DNA of 64,000 nucleotides from Candidatus Latescibacterota bacterium (GTDB taxonomy: Bacteria > Latescibacterota > UBA2968 > SICM01): contig CBDCJO010000002.1 in the NCBI GenBank assembly GCA_965217865.1, positions 2,848,001 through 2,912,000 of the forward strand, in the 5' to 3' direction. Positions 20,113 through 30,978 of the stretch are shown in pieces (the stretch's first letter is position 1; each line of letters begins with the position of its first letter). A program made the position numbers and the translations under genes. The notes beneath the pieces were generated by a model that was given only the letters and a program-made list of their open reading frames with translations, was not told the origin of the DNA and did no database searches.

Positions 20113-20749
20113 CTGCCATGTCAGCACCTGTCGTCGTAACATCACAGGGACAAGTCCGTCCACCCCGGCTAAAACACGTCCGCAAACTCAGTTAATTAGA
20201 CAATCGCATGCCGAAACAATCACAAAAACAGCCCAGACATCATCTCCACCAAGTCACAAGTCTGAAATGCTCCGAAATCTTGTATAACACACCGCTCAAC
20301 AAGCCTATTCGCTTATTTTAGGGCTAGAGTACCCGACTGGGACGCGCTGTGTCGCGACCTGGGTCGATCTCCCAAAACTGTGGGACTTTAAAGAAACACT
20401 GGAAGTCTACGGAGACGACAAGAGGGTCATCCTCTCTTATCCGACAGGCTTTGCCAGAGGAATCCCTACAGACATAACCGTCCAGGAAATTGACGGAAGC
20501 GGACGATCCTTCCGGAAAGAACCGGCCGTATCGTGGGACGGCGCCTTCACGCAGGAACTCCGGCATTTTCACGAATGCATCGTCCGGGGAACGCCCCCGA
20601 GGACTCCGGTAGACGATGCCCGAAGCGATATCAGCTTAATCATAGAAATCATCATGGCTTATCAAAGACGAAATCAATCGTAACGTCCTTCATCCTGAAA
20701 ATTAGAAATGGAAGGGATTGGGATGTTTAAAAGAAAAAAGGAGGAACCC

Positions 20750-21526
20750 ATGATCACAAACTCAATTCGACTGACAGAAGATCAACTTGAGACATATCAA
20801 CGTGACGGTTATCTGATCGTCGAGGATCTTGTTTCCTCTGAGGAGGCCGAAGCCCTCCGGAACAGGGTCAGGGAGTATACCCACGGAGACCGGCCGACCG
20901 ATCATCTTCAGGTCGAGATAGAACCGAAAATTCGCCGCGGAGAGCTCGAAGTCGATCACCCCGGGGATGGTATTCGCAAGCTGGGCGGGCTTGTAACGCA
21001 CGACGACCTGTTCCGCAAGCTGGGACTGGAGGGTAATATCGTCGATATCATGGAACAGATTCTGGGGCAGGATCTCAAACTCTTCCGAAACGCCCTGATG
21101 GTGAAGCCCCCCGAGGTCGGCTCCCAGAAAGGCATGCACCAGGACTCCCCCTACTGGCCGATCGAACCGATGGCACTCTGCACGTGCTGGTATGCGATTG
21201 ACGAAGCCACGGTAGAAAACGGATGTATGGGCATCATCCCCGGATGGCATAAGAAAGGACACCTTCCCCACAAGCACGTCACGGACGACTTCGTTGTAGA
21301 CGAAGAGCATTACGACATGAAAGATATGGTCATGGCGCCGCTTCGCCCGGGAAGTGGCCTCTTCTTCCATTCGTTGATGCCCCATTATACCGCTCCAAAC
21401 CGCTCGAAGAACTGGCGGCGAGCCATCGCACTGGCCTACATGTCCGCGAAATCCCGTTATACGAAGGAGGGGGATAAGCCGGAATTCTTCCAGGTAAGAG
21501 GGAAGTCCTATCCTGGATGCGTATGA
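20750..21526 (+). CDS. Phytanoyl-CoA dioxygenase (PhyH) family protein
   Basis: YQRDGYLIVE, HQDSPYWP, WYAIDEATVENGCM, FFHSLMPHYTAPNRS. Confidence 0.92.
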   Translation: MITNSIRLTEDQLETYQRDGYLIVEDLVSSEEAEALRNRVREYTHGDRPTDHLQVEIEPKIRRGELEVDHPGDGIRKLGGLVTHDDLFRKLGLEGNIVDIMEQILGQDLKLFRNALMVKPPEVGSQKGMHQDSPYWPIEPMALCTCWYAIDEATVENGCMGIIPGWHKKGHLPHKHVTDDFVVDEEHYDMKDMVMAPLRPGSGLFFHSLMPHYTAPNRSKNWRRAIALAYMSAKSRYTKEGDKPEFFQVRGKSYPGCV

Positions 21527-21663
21527 ATCCCCGGGTTCTGAATCAATCCGGGATCAACACGAATAGATCTTCTACGGTGGATAGAATAGAACTTGGATTG
21601 TCCTGACCTCCCTCGCTGATCCCCCTTTCAAAAAACCCAACCCCCCTCAATCCCAGGAAAGGA

Positions 21664-22725
21664 ATGACCATGCCAAAAGTCTCTCCGTCCTTTCACGGAT
21701 GGGCCTCCTTGTTGATCCTCTCACTCGTCAGTGCCCCCCTTGCCCTCGCCCAGGGCGAGATGCCGAGCGGAAATCCCGGTATCATCCCACCCGGGGCCAC
21801 ACTGGATACCCTTTTCACAGGGGGATTGGTCCTCACCGAAGGCGTGGCCGCCGGGCACGATGGGATGATCTACTTCAGTGACATCACATTTACATTTATG
21901 GCGGGGGAAAAAGGTGTGGAGGCGGGCCATATCTGGAGATATAACCCGGCTACCGGAGAGGCCGGCGTATTCCGCTCTCCGAGTGGAATGTCAAACGGGA
22001 TTAAATTCGACGCCAAGGGAAGAATGATCGTGGCCGAAGGCGCGGATTTCGGGGGACGCCGTGTTACCAGAACGGATATGGAGACGGGCAAGAGCTATAT
22101 CATCGCAGGTTTCTACGACGGCCGTCGGTTTAACGCCCCGAACGATATCACCATCGACGAAAAGGGACGGATCTACTTTAGCGATCCCCGATACCTCGGA
22201 CACGAACCGCTCGACCAACCCGTGAAGGCCGTCTACCGAATCGATCCCGACGGATCGATCCATCGCATCATCACGGACGCGGGAAAGCCGAATGGAGTGG
22301 CTGTTTCACCGGACCAGAAAACCCTCTACGTCGTGTGCCACGACAATGGAGCCACCGGCTCCGATCGACTTTCCGAAGGAGCCCAAACCTACAGTGGCCG
22401 GATGGCCCTGTTGGCTTACGACCTTGCTCCGGACGGTACAGCGAAATTCAGGGAAACCCTTGTCGACTACGCTCCCGAAGACGGACCCGATGGGCTTGTC
22501 GTAGACGAAGATGGGAATCTCTACGTGGCCGAACGCAGTAAGAAACGTCCGGGGATCGCCGTCCGTTCACCAAAGGGAAAAGAGCTCGCGTTCATCCAGA
22601 CCGAGATCCCGACCAATGTCGGATTCGGCCGCGGCGAAGAAAGCAAAACCCTCTACATCACAGCGGGTAAAAGCCTTTACCGTATCAAGCTGCTGAAGAA
22701 GGGCTACCACCTGCCGCCGGAGTAA
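21664..22725 (+). CDS. SMP-30/gluconolactonase family protein
   Basis: Signal peptide; TEGV, SNGI, FNAPND, IYFSDP, KPNGVAVSPD, GPDGLVVDEDGNLYVA. Confidence 0.92.
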   Translation: MTMPKVSPSFHGWASLLILSLVSAPLALAQGEMPSGNPGIIPPGATLDTLFTGGLVLTEGVAAGHDGMIYFSDITFTFMAGEKGVEAGHIWRYNPATGEAGVFRSPSGMSNGIKFDAKGRMIVAEGADFGGRRVTRTDMETGKSYIIAGFYDGRRFNAPNDITIDEKGRIYFSDPRYLGHEPLDQPVKAVYRIDPDGSIHRIITDAGKPNGVAVSPDQKTLYVVCHDNGATGSDRLSEGAQTYSGRMALLAYDLAPDGTAKFRETLVDYAPEDGPDGLVVDEDGNLYVAERSKKRPGIAVRSPKGKELAFIQTEIPTNVGFGRGEESKTLYITAGKSLYRIKLLKKGYHLPPE

Positions 22726-22865
22726 GGAATTTTCAGTCTTAAATCCTCAATCTTAAACCAGTAGTGTCCGGTTAAGGTTTCGGTGGTTCTTTGTAACCAT
22801 CTGAGTGAAACCTACTTGCGGGAATATTTGTCTGTTTTCGATTTCAATTCGTTCCTACGCCTTCA

Positions 22866-24575
22866 ATGACTTTAGTCGACTGGTTGTTGGTCATCGTGAT
22901 CAACGGAGGTATCGTCCTCTACGGGCTCACCGTTTTCAAGGGAAAACGAGAGAGCTTCGATTGGTACCTGGCCGCAAAATCCATGCCCTGGTGGGCCGTG
23001 GGCTTGTCAGCCTTCGGAACCGCGGTGGACAGCGGAGATTATGTTGGGATCGTCGGTGGGTCATACAAGCTCGGGTTGTCCCAGCTCTCTCAGTGGTGGC
23101 TTGGAATCGCAGTCGGGTGGTTCGTTCTGGCTTTCTTCGTGATCGTTCCGATGTACCGATCCGGAGTGTTCACAAACGCGGAATGGTTGGAATTTCGCTT
23201 CGGACCATCGGTCCGCATCCTGGCTGTCCTGATCAATATTCAATCCCGCACCAATGTGTTGGGTAATATCTTTTTTTCCCTTTTTCTGGTCCTCAACATT
23301 GTCGGTGGGCTCGACGCAGCCAGGAGCTGGCCCATCGTTGTGGGCATAGCCTTTACAGCGATCCTGTACATTGTCAGAGGCGGGTTGAAGGCGGGGGTCT
23401 TTACAGACGCGATGCAGAGCATCGCCATGATCGTGGCCTCATTCGTGCTCTGGGGAATTGTCTGGGCAAACACTGGCGGTTGGGAGGGCTTGAGTCAAAA
23501 GCTTGCGGCCGTGGATCAGGAGCTCCCGGGAACGCTTCTGCACGTTGGCGGATATTCACCCCGCGATGGCGTTTCTCCTATCGTGGTCGTACTCAGCTTT
23601 ATCGTCGTGTTGACAACCTATGTGTTGATCAATCAGTATGAAGCCATTCGTTTCCTGGGTGCGCGGTCCGAATGGGATTTCAAAATGGCTGCGCTTGTGG
23701 CAAGTGCGGCCACGGCGATATGCCTCTGGTTCAACGTCAGTATGGGGCCCCTCTCAAGGGCGGACTTTCCCGGTCTGGAAACGATCGATCAAGCCTACCC
23801 CCTGATGGTCAAGAAGTACCTGCCTCCCGGCCTCACCGGTTTGGTCATTGCCGGCCTGTTGGCGGGGGGATATTCAACGTTCGACTCGATCGGAATCGGA
23901 ATCTCCAGCCTTTTTGTTCGGGACATCTACGCTCGTTTCATCGTGAAACACGGGACGGATGCCCACTATACCCGAGTGGGCAGGATCTCAGTGCCGTTCA
24001 TCATCGCCCTCGGTTTCGCCTACGTGCCCTTTATTCAAAAAGGAATGCTCCTGTTTTACCTGCGGTTGGCGGGAGCCATCGCCGTTCCCCTGATGACCGT
24101 GATCCTCATGGGGGTTTTTACAAGGGTGCATCGAGGGGCGGGGATCGTCGGGCTCCTGGTGGGACTGACTTACGGGGCATCCGCGATCCTTGGAGATTTC
24201 AACGGTTGGGACCTGCCCACCTGGTACACGAATACCTGGTGGGCCTACCTCTGGAACCTTGTCCTGCCTGCGGGGAGCATGTTGATCTTTTCGAAGCTGC
24301 TGGACGTCTTTCGGGGACCTGTTCAGGAGGAAGAATTAAAGGGTTTGATTTATGCCCGACATGAGATCACGGGAGATATTAGGAAACTGATGTCTGGACG
24401 TTTAAAGGTGTTGGAAGGAACCTGGTTGCAGAAAACCCTTCGGGAAGCCCCGGTGAGGCCTGAGTATCCCTTCAAGGTGCCGGAGACCGGTCTCCCGTGG
24501 TTTCAAAAACCCGGCTTGTGGGTCTTCGTCTATCTGGTCGTGGTCTGCTATCTCCTCTTCGGGCTTCTCTGGTAG
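22866..24575 (+). CDS. Sodium:solute symporter
   Basis: Many TM segments; KSMPWWAVGLS, EWLEFRFG, GGLKAGVFTD. Confidence 0.9.
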   Translation: MTLVDWLLVIVINGGIVLYGLTVFKGKRESFDWYLAAKSMPWWAVGLSAFGTAVDSGDYVGIVGGSYKLGLSQLSQWWLGIAVGWFVLAFFVIVPMYRSGVFTNAEWLEFRFGPSVRILAVLINIQSRTNVLGNIFFSLFLVLNIVGGLDAARSWPIVVGIAFTAILYIVRGGLKAGVFTDAMQSIAMIVASFVLWGIVWANTGGWEGLSQKLAAVDQELPGTLLHVGGYSPRDGVSPIVVVLSFIVVLTTYVLINQYEAIRFLGARSEWDFKMAALVASAATAICLWFNVSMGPLSRADFPGLETIDQAYPLMVKKYLPPGLTGLVIAGLLAGGYSTFDSIGIGISSLFVRDIYARFIVKHGTDAHYTRVGRISVPFIIALGFAYVPFIQKGMLLFYLRLAGAIAVPLMTVILMGVFTRVHRGAGIVGLLVGLTYGASAILGDFNGWDLPTWYTNTWWAYLWNLVLPAGSMLIFSKLLDVFRGPVQEEELKGLIYARHEITGDIRKLMSGRLKVLEGTWLQKTLREAPVRPEYPFKVPETGLPWFQKPGLWVFVYLVVVCYLLFGLLW

Positions 24576-24693
24576 CTTGTTCCGGATTAGCGCGGCCGGG
24601 AACACTGCAACTCATCAAGGATAGCTTTCACCATCGAAGGATCGGACTGCTAACCGCCTTTTTGATACGGGTCACCCCCCGACTTTTTGAGCT

Positions 24694-24891
24694 ATGGAAA
24701 ACTCAGAAGACACCAGAAGAACGCACCAGTTCGAAAGAATCTACACCCTCCTCCTCTTATGGCTGGTCGCAGGCCTTCTCCTGATCTCCATCCTTTACAC
24801 CTCAGCGCTCTGGTGGGTGAAAGTCCTGATCGCTTCCGTCCTCATCATCATCGGCGCCTTTTTCGCCCGCAGCTATTGGCGTGAGCGATAA
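24694..24891 (+). CDS. Small two-TM hypothetical protein
   Basis: 65 aa with two hydrophobic helices. Confidence 0.5.
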   Translation: MENSEDTRRTHQFERIYTLLLLWLVAGLLLISILYTSALWWVKVLIASVLIIIGAFFARSYWRER

Positions 24892-25097
24892 CCTTTCCGA
24901 CTCGCCTTCCAAAATTCCCCCCCGATCCCTTACGATTCCCCCCCGGAATCCCCACATACGATACCCAGAAAAATCAGAAAACTGAGGTCCAGGTTCAAAA
25001 AACCGATAGGGCGATAGTCATCCCCGCTTTTTTGAGAAACGCCTTACGAGGTTGTTTATCAATCACATAGAAGATCGGATATCGGCATATTTCCAAC

Positions 25098-25113
25098 TGG
25101 CACAGCGATTGCA
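25098..25113 (+). promoter_or_regulatory. Sigma54 (-24/-12) promoter
   Basis: TGGCACAGCGATTGCA = GG-N10-GC, ~50 bp before ATG 25165, next to an NtrC-family system. Confidence 0.75.
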
Positions 25114-25164
25114 AGGGTAAAGACTGGAAGGCGAAACCGAATCAAGAATCCTTTCAGCAGGAGG

Positions 25165-26280
25165 ATGAAAACCATGAAAATCCTACTCGCTCCTTTCGCC
25201 GTTGTGCTGATGTCTTTTTTTGGATGCGGAAAGGGCGTCCTCAATTCCTCACCAGAGGCGGACGGACTTCCCAGCACGATTCGAACCGATACCAGAACGA
25301 TCGCGTTTGAACACCTTGCCGGAGGAGATTCTCATACAGCTTCCCTCGAAGGACCGGCCTTGTTCGTTGCGGGAAATCCATCCGAGATCACCTCCTTCAC
25401 AGGGATGTTAAAAGATCCCGAGCTTGTTCGCCGGATTGGCGACACGGATTTCGATAATAACTGGGTCGTCGCGATCTTTCGCGGAATGGTAAGCACCGGT
25501 GGACACGGGATCCGGGTGAAGGAAATTGAAAAAGAAAATGAAACCCTGAAAGTCGCAGTCGACCTCAGCGACCCCGAACCCGATCAGTTTGTTATTCAAG
25601 TGATATCCTATCCCTTCCATATCATCACGATTCCGAAAAAGGACCTCATCGTAACCGGAGAAACAACCTGGTCTGTCGTTCGAACAAGAGGGACCCCCCT
25701 CGCACCCATCATCGATCCCATCGTTAAAGCCGACGATCCAGATGTGACGATTCTCCTGCCTGGAGGAGATTCAGGTCAAGGTGGGGTAAGAGGGGGATCG
25801 GGTCCTGTTACCGTAGGTGGTAAAGATACTCCTTCGGACCGTGATGGCAACGGAAGGGTTGTTCCAAGAGGCGATTTCCCGGGGGATACCGAACCGGTGG
25901 ATCCTGATAAACCGGATCCCCTGCCCAGGCCGACAGAGCCTGATGACGTTCCAACAGGGGGTACCGAAACCCCCGGGGTGAAAGCGGATATCAGGGGGGC
26001 GATCACAAAAATGACACCATCCGGAGAGGACGGATTGAGCAAGGGTATTGTTGGCGCCGTCTTGATTGAAGGGAAGATCGAGAAAGATACGGGCTTCGAC
26101 AGGGCATTTGTAGAAATTACCAGAGGAACTCTAATCTTAAAAAAAGAAGGTGAAGAATTCCGAAAGGTGTCTTTTGAATCGCTCAAGATCGGACAGGAGA
26201 CGCAAGCCGTCTTCACGGGGCCGGTAAGGGAATCCTATCCCGTGCAGGCCACGGCCCGCGAGTTTATAATATTGAACTGA
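25165..26280 (+). CDS. Lipoprotein: PrcB-C-like domain, Pro/Gly/Asp linker, DUF3221/YobA-like domain
   Basis: Lipobox FFGC; FRGMVSTGGHGIRV...QVISYPFHII; FTGPVRESYPVQATA. Confidence 0.7.
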   Translation: MKTMKILLAPFAVVLMSFFGCGKGVLNSSPEADGLPSTIRTDTRTIAFEHLAGGDSHTASLEGPALFVAGNPSEITSFTGMLKDPELVRRIGDTDFDNNWVVAIFRGMVSTGGHGIRVKEIEKENETLKVAVDLSDPEPDQFVIQVISYPFHIITIPKKDLIVTGETTWSVVRTRGTPLAPIIDPIVKADDPDVTILLPGGDSGQGGVRGGSGPVTVGGKDTPSDRDGNGRVVPRGDFPGDTEPVDPDKPDPLPRPTEPDDVPTGGTETPGVKADIRGAITKMTPSGEDGLSKGIVGAVLIEGKIEKDTGFDRAFVEITRGTLILKKEGEEFRKVSFESLKIGQETQAVFTGPVRESYPVQATAREFIILN

Positions 26281-26559
26281 TCTACTCAGGATCCTCTGTT
26301 TCGAATCGGGTGCGGGAAGGGTGGACCTGAAAGCTGATCGGATCGAACCGCCCCGGAGGCACAATTCTTCGGGGCTTTTTTCCAATATTTGATTTATATT
26401 ATAGTTTATGTGGTGTGGTCGTGAAATCTCCCTGGAATTTCTCATTCTGCTTTAGATCGGCTTCCGCCCGGATGCCTCGGCACAATCCAAAGGGTCCGCC
26501 TACAGCCCAAAATGGTGAAAGAAAAAATCAACGAAAAAAGGAGCCCAGGCGGGGACATC

Positions 26560-28035
26560 ATGCTCAGGAAGGAGGTGAATCCCGAAAGGAAACCTCGCGG
26601 AAGGATCGGGCGAAAGCTTGTCGTGACATTCGTTTTTTTCGTTCTGTTGGTGATCGGCGGTACGGGCTGGGCTTTCCACGACCTCACGCAGCGCAGCCTC
26701 GACCGGCAAATGAGCGAGCGGCTCCTGGCCGTGGCGCGGCTGGTCGCAGGCGGTCTCGACGGCGATCTGGTTCGCCGATTGCGGCCGGGCGATGAGGGAT
26801 TCAGGGTTTACGGGATCCTCACCAACCGGCTCCGAACAGCTAAGGAGGAGGTCGGCGCCCGAAGGATCTACGTTTTCGACCGCCAGGGAAGAAGCCTTTT
26901 GGACACCGAGCAGGGAACTCCCGTCGGACGGGAGTTCGCACGGCTCAGATTTCAAAGAGCGGAGCTTTCTTCGCTGTGGAAGGGTCAAGCGGCCCATTCG
27001 ATCCTGTTTCAAGGTGAGGATGGGGTCTTCTACAAGTCCGGATATGCACCGGTCTTTATCGACGATGAAGTGGTCGCCGGTGTCGGGGTGGACATCGGCG
27101 CTGCTCTCCTTGAGACCATTCAGACGTTTCAGCGATCCATCCTGATCTTCGGCGGGATCAGTGTTGCTTTGACCGTCGTCATTGGGCTGGTCCTCGCTCG
27201 ATCGATTACCCTTCCGATTCACCGTCTGGTCAAGGCTGCCCGGGACATCGGCAGGGGAAATCTGAAGCGGGAGGTGGATACCTCCTCAAGGGATGAGCTG
27301 GGATACCTCGGTGAGTCGATGGAGGAGATGCGTCGAAAGATCCTTGATCGAGACGCGCAGCTCCGGCAGATGCTCGGGGGCGTCGCCCACGAAATTCGGA
27401 ATCCTCTGGGGGGTATCGAAATCTATGCCGGACTGATCGCAGACGATCTCCCAGATGAAGACCCGCGAAAAACTCATATCCGAAAGGTCATCGGTGAAGT
27501 AAAAACCCTCAACCGGATCATCACGGAGTTTCTCGATTTTGCAAGGCCCACCCAACCCCGGCCGGAAGCCGCATCCGTCTCCCGTTTGGCCGAGGAGACC
27601 TCGTTTCTCCTCGGACCTGAGATGGAAACCGTGGGTGTCCGATATGAACAGGTCGTCCCCAGCGACCTCCGGATCAAGGCGGATTCGGAACAGGTAAAGC
27701 GGTCCCTGCTTAACCTGATGAAGAACGGGATTCAGGCGATGCAAGATGGAGGTTCCTTGACCCTTAAGGCTCGGGAGTCCGGTGACCGGGTAGTCATCGA
27801 GGTGAGTGACACCGGTTCCGGGATGACCCCGGAGGTGAGGGGGAGACTCTTCGAACCTTTCTTTACGACAAAGCAAAAAGGAGCGGGCCTGGGACTCGCC
27901 ATGGTACAAAAAATCTCGGAGGAGAACGGGGGGTGGGTAGAGGTGGAGACGGAGGCGGGAAAAGGAACGGTATTTAGATTGACATTACCTCGCGCGGAAG
28001 ATAACAGGGGCCAGACGCCGGGGGCTGGGGATTAG
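26560..28035 (+). CDS. Membrane sensor histidine kinase (HAMP, HisKA, HATPase)
   Basis: Two TMs, HAMP, VAHEIRNPL, NLMKNG, DTGSG, FEPFFTTK, GAGLGL. Confidence 0.93.
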   Translation: MLRKEVNPERKPRGRIGRKLVVTFVFFVLLVIGGTGWAFHDLTQRSLDRQMSERLLAVARLVAGGLDGDLVRRLRPGDEGFRVYGILTNRLRTAKEEVGARRIYVFDRQGRSLLDTEQGTPVGREFARLRFQRAELSSLWKGQAAHSILFQGEDGVFYKSGYAPVFIDDEVVAGVGVDIGAALLETIQTFQRSILIFGGISVALTVVIGLVLARSITLPIHRLVKAARDIGRGNLKREVDTSSRDELGYLGESMEEMRRKILDRDAQLRQMLGGVAHEIRNPLGGIEIYAGLIADDLPDEDPRKTHIRKVIGEVKTLNRIITEFLDFARPTQPRPEAASVSRLAEETSFLLGPEMETVGVRYEQVVPSDLRIKADSEQVKRSLLNLMKNGIQAMQDGGSLTLKARESGDRVVIEVSDTGSGMTPEVRGRLFEPFFTTKQKGAGLGLAMVQKISEENGGWVEVETEAGKGTVFRLTLPRAEDNRGQTPGAGD

Positions 28036-28110
28036 GGTCCCACCAAAATAAGATCGGTGCTGGGGTTCCCCGGACCCCGACCTCTGACCCCTGACATCTG
28101 CTTTTATGAT

Positions 28111-29461
28111 ATGAGTCGAATCCTGATCGTAGAAGACAACGAAACCATGCGGACCGGGATTGCCCTTGTGGTTGAACGAATGGGCCACGAACCCGTGCCG
28201 GTGGCCAGCGGTCCGAAAGGCTGGGTCGGATGCGTGAGGAGGCATTCGACCTCGTCATCACCGACTACCGCATGGCCGAAATGGACGGCCTTGCGGTTTT
28301 GGACGCGGTGAAACAGGACCATCCTGACACGGACGTGATATTGATTACCGCTTATGGAACGGTCGAAATTGCTGTGGCGGCTATGAAAAATGGTGCGGTC
28401 GACTTTGTTTCCAAGCCCTTTTCTCCTGACGAGCTGCGCCTTAAGTTGGCGAAGGTCCTGGAATTCCGAGAGACCCGGCAGGCTCGAGAAAAATTGACCG
28501 ATGAGAACCGTTACCTGCGTGAAGAGATCGAGGGACGGTTCAACTTTGGCGAGATGGTAGGACAGTCCGCGCAGATGAAAGAGGTATTTTCGACGATACA
28601 GAAAGTGGCCGCGAGTGAATCGTCTGTGTTGATATATGGAGAGAGTGGGACCGGCAAAGAACTGGTTGCGAGAGCAATTCACGGCAATAGCCCCCGGCGG
28701 GAAGGACCTTTCGTAAAGGTGAACTGCGGGGCCCTTCCCAGGGAGCTTGTCGAAAGCGAGCTCTTTGGCCACGAAAAAGGAGCTTTCACGGGGGCCGTCC
28801 GTCAAAGAAAAGGGAAGTTTGAGCTTGCGGAAGGAGGCACGATCTTTTTAGACGAAATCGGAGACCTTCCGATCGAGACCCAGGTCAACCTGCTGCGGGT
28901 CCTTCAGGAGAAGACCTTAACGGCCGACGTTCGCGTTGTCGCCGCGACAAACAGACCTTTGAAAGAAATGGTTTCCGAGGGCAACTTCCGGGAGGACCTC
29001 TTTTACAGACTGGAAGTCATCCCGATTCTGCTTTCCCCCCTGCGGGAAAGGAAGGAGGACACGACTTGGTCGCGCACTTCGTGGAGAAGAAATGCAAGGA
29101 GATGAATCGCCCGATAAACCGTATCACACCGGAGGCCATGAAAGCGCTTTCAAATTATGGCTGGCCGGGAAACGTTCGGGAGCTCGAAAACGTGATTGAA
29201 CGGACGATCGTTCTATCGGATGGTGAGGAGATCGATCTGAATGACCTTCCCCTGATGATGGATGCGGATCCCGACAGGAACTCCCACAGGGAGTTGCCTG
29301 GAGGTGAAACCGGGCTGAACAGAACGCTCGATGATTTGGAAAAACAGCTCATAAAGCAGGCCATGGAAAAGTGTGGGGGCGTCAAAGCGAGGGCGGCACA
29401 AACCCTGGGCATCAAGACCAGCGCCCTCTACTACAAGCTCGAAAAATACGGATTGGGATGA
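28111..29461 (+). pseudogene. NtrC-family sigma54 response regulator with frameshifts (~28220, ~29062) and an internal deletion
   Basis: Receiver, [40 protein letters not shown] and Fis HTH spread over three ORFs; RVGG segment absent. Confidence 0.85.
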
Positions 29462-29535
29462 AGCCCTTCACCCCCTTCCCTCCCCAAACTCGGAACCTGA
29501 GCGCGATCTGGTTTTTGGCCGCCCAATCGAAGCTA

Positions 29536-29600
29536 CATCCTGAGCCCTTCGGCAAGCTCAGGATAAACTCCGCGGCGGTTTCAGCCGCGTAGTCGAAGGA
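29536..29600. repeat. REP-like palindromic repeat
   Basis: ATCCTGAGC CCTTCGGCAA GCTCAGGAT plus CGCGGC..GCCGCG and GTCGAAGG. Confidence 0.5.
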
Positions 29601-29651
29601 TCACATCCAGAGCGGAGCGGCGCCCCAGCGCTGCGGAGACGAAGGACAGTT

Positions 29652-30683
29652 ATGAAATCGATCCCAAACAGAATCGCGATCCTCCTCCTCTCTTTCTCCG
29701 TGCTCTACCCTTGGAACGCGATCGCCGACCCTTTGGAAATCTCCAAAACCGAAGCCGACCGCGCCCGGCTTGAATCCGTTCGGGATTCCCTGTTGACACA
29801 ACGGGCATTTCTGGTCGCTCGGGCGGACAGCCTCTCCGTCCGCATCGACAGCCTCAAACGGCGATAAGAAAAAACGGCCGCGTCTGCCGAGCTCCGGAAA
29901 GGACTTCGACGCTCAATCGACTTGGCCGGCAAAATTGAATCCACCGACCTCCGGATTGAGCAAGTTCTGAAACAATTGAGAGATGTCCGGGAAAGCCTCC
30001 GCACATCCTATAGTCATCTTATCGAAGAACTCACACAACGCCTGGAACGAACCCCGAATGACACCCTGATTCGCCAGTTGGGAGCATATCAAAGAGCCAG
30101 GAAGGCGATCGAACGGGACCCTGTTGTGCACGATATTGGGGTTGAATCGGAAATCTTAATTCGTCGGGACGATGGCCCTAGAGAGATCCGCAGGAAAGCG
30201 GAATTGATCGAGGATAGAGCCGCCCGGCTGGCCACCCAGGCCTCAGGCATGGATGATCGTTTGGAAGAGTTGGAAACCGAGCAGCGGCTTCGCACACGAA
30301 TGAGAGATTTCGCGCAGGAGATAGGGCTTTTCGATGAGTACCTCCCCGAGGGACGAGCGCTATCCGCAGCGGAACAAGAGACTGGAGTCACACCATCTTC
30401 TCCCACCGAAGGAGCCGGTCGGGATCAACCCCCGACTTTTGAAGTCGAAAGGTCAGAGGGGGCCACCGGGGGGTTGATCGGTGGGTTGTCATCGGTTGGA
30501 AAAGAAGTCACCCGCCAAGAGAGAACCCTGTCACCGGAGGAATTCGCTTCTGACGACCTCGCGTTGGAAATCCAGCGGCTCCAGGCGCTGCGGAAGGACC
30601 TCCAGGAGCGGGAGCAGCTGCTCCTGGACCGCGCCAAAGCCTTTCAGGAACAACTCCGGCAATTGCTTGAGGAGAAAGATTGA
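29652..30683 (+). pseudogene. Secreted coiled-coil protein with an internal stop (TAA 29865-67)
   Basis: ORFs 29652-29867 and 29922-30683 share a frame; signal peptide. Confidence 0.7.
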
Positions 30684-30978
30684 GGGCCCCTGGCCAGAGC
30701 TACTGGACGATCCTTCTATTCGGATTGATCGGATATCCCCATTCCCTGCAAGGCTGTGGACCTTCGTGCTGTGGTCGGATTGGAATACGATGACAACCCG
30801 TTTGAAAGCTCCTCCAAAAAATAAGAGTCCGGGCTGGTCAACAGGTTCTTCGTGGCAACATCCGGGCATCTCCTTAAACGTCCTGGGGGAGGTCTTCATC
30901 TCGGGTATCAGGGGGGTGTAAAGCGCATATGGCGGGAGGACCCACAAACACAGGGGACCTTCGGGGACGTAGTCATGG
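30680..30978 (+). pseudogene. Frameshifted, truncated N-terminus of a probable outer-membrane beta-barrel protein
   Basis: Signal-like segment, then AVVGLEYDDNPFE and RFFVATSG...LGYQGGVK in shifting frames; cut by the IS110 fragment. Confidence 0.45.

Larger units (their letters stand above)
18252..20323 (+). mobile_element. IS1380-family insertion sequence
   Basis: 5-bp target duplication CTAGA (18247-51, 20324-28); imperfect TIRs CCCTATACAAGCGTGAAT / ATTCGCTTATTTTAGGG; DDE transposase inside. Confidence 0.92.
17512..20683 (+). pseudogene. Gfo/Idh/MocA oxidoreductase split by IS1380 (parts 17512-18251 and 20329-20683)
   Basis: GVIGCGAIAQ, GKHVFMEKP, IHDLY; removing the IS and one CTAGA restores ...INTVLEYPTGTRCVATWVD...ELRHFHECI...stop 20683. 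Confidence 0.9.

Noticed and set aside
22763-22800. TAGTGTCCGGTTAAG as an IS terminal repeat
   Set aside because: No partner repeat, target duplication or transposase nearby
25079-25086. GCCGATAT sigma28 -10 box on the minus strand
   Set aside because: No TAAA -35 element at the right spacing and no gene in that direction
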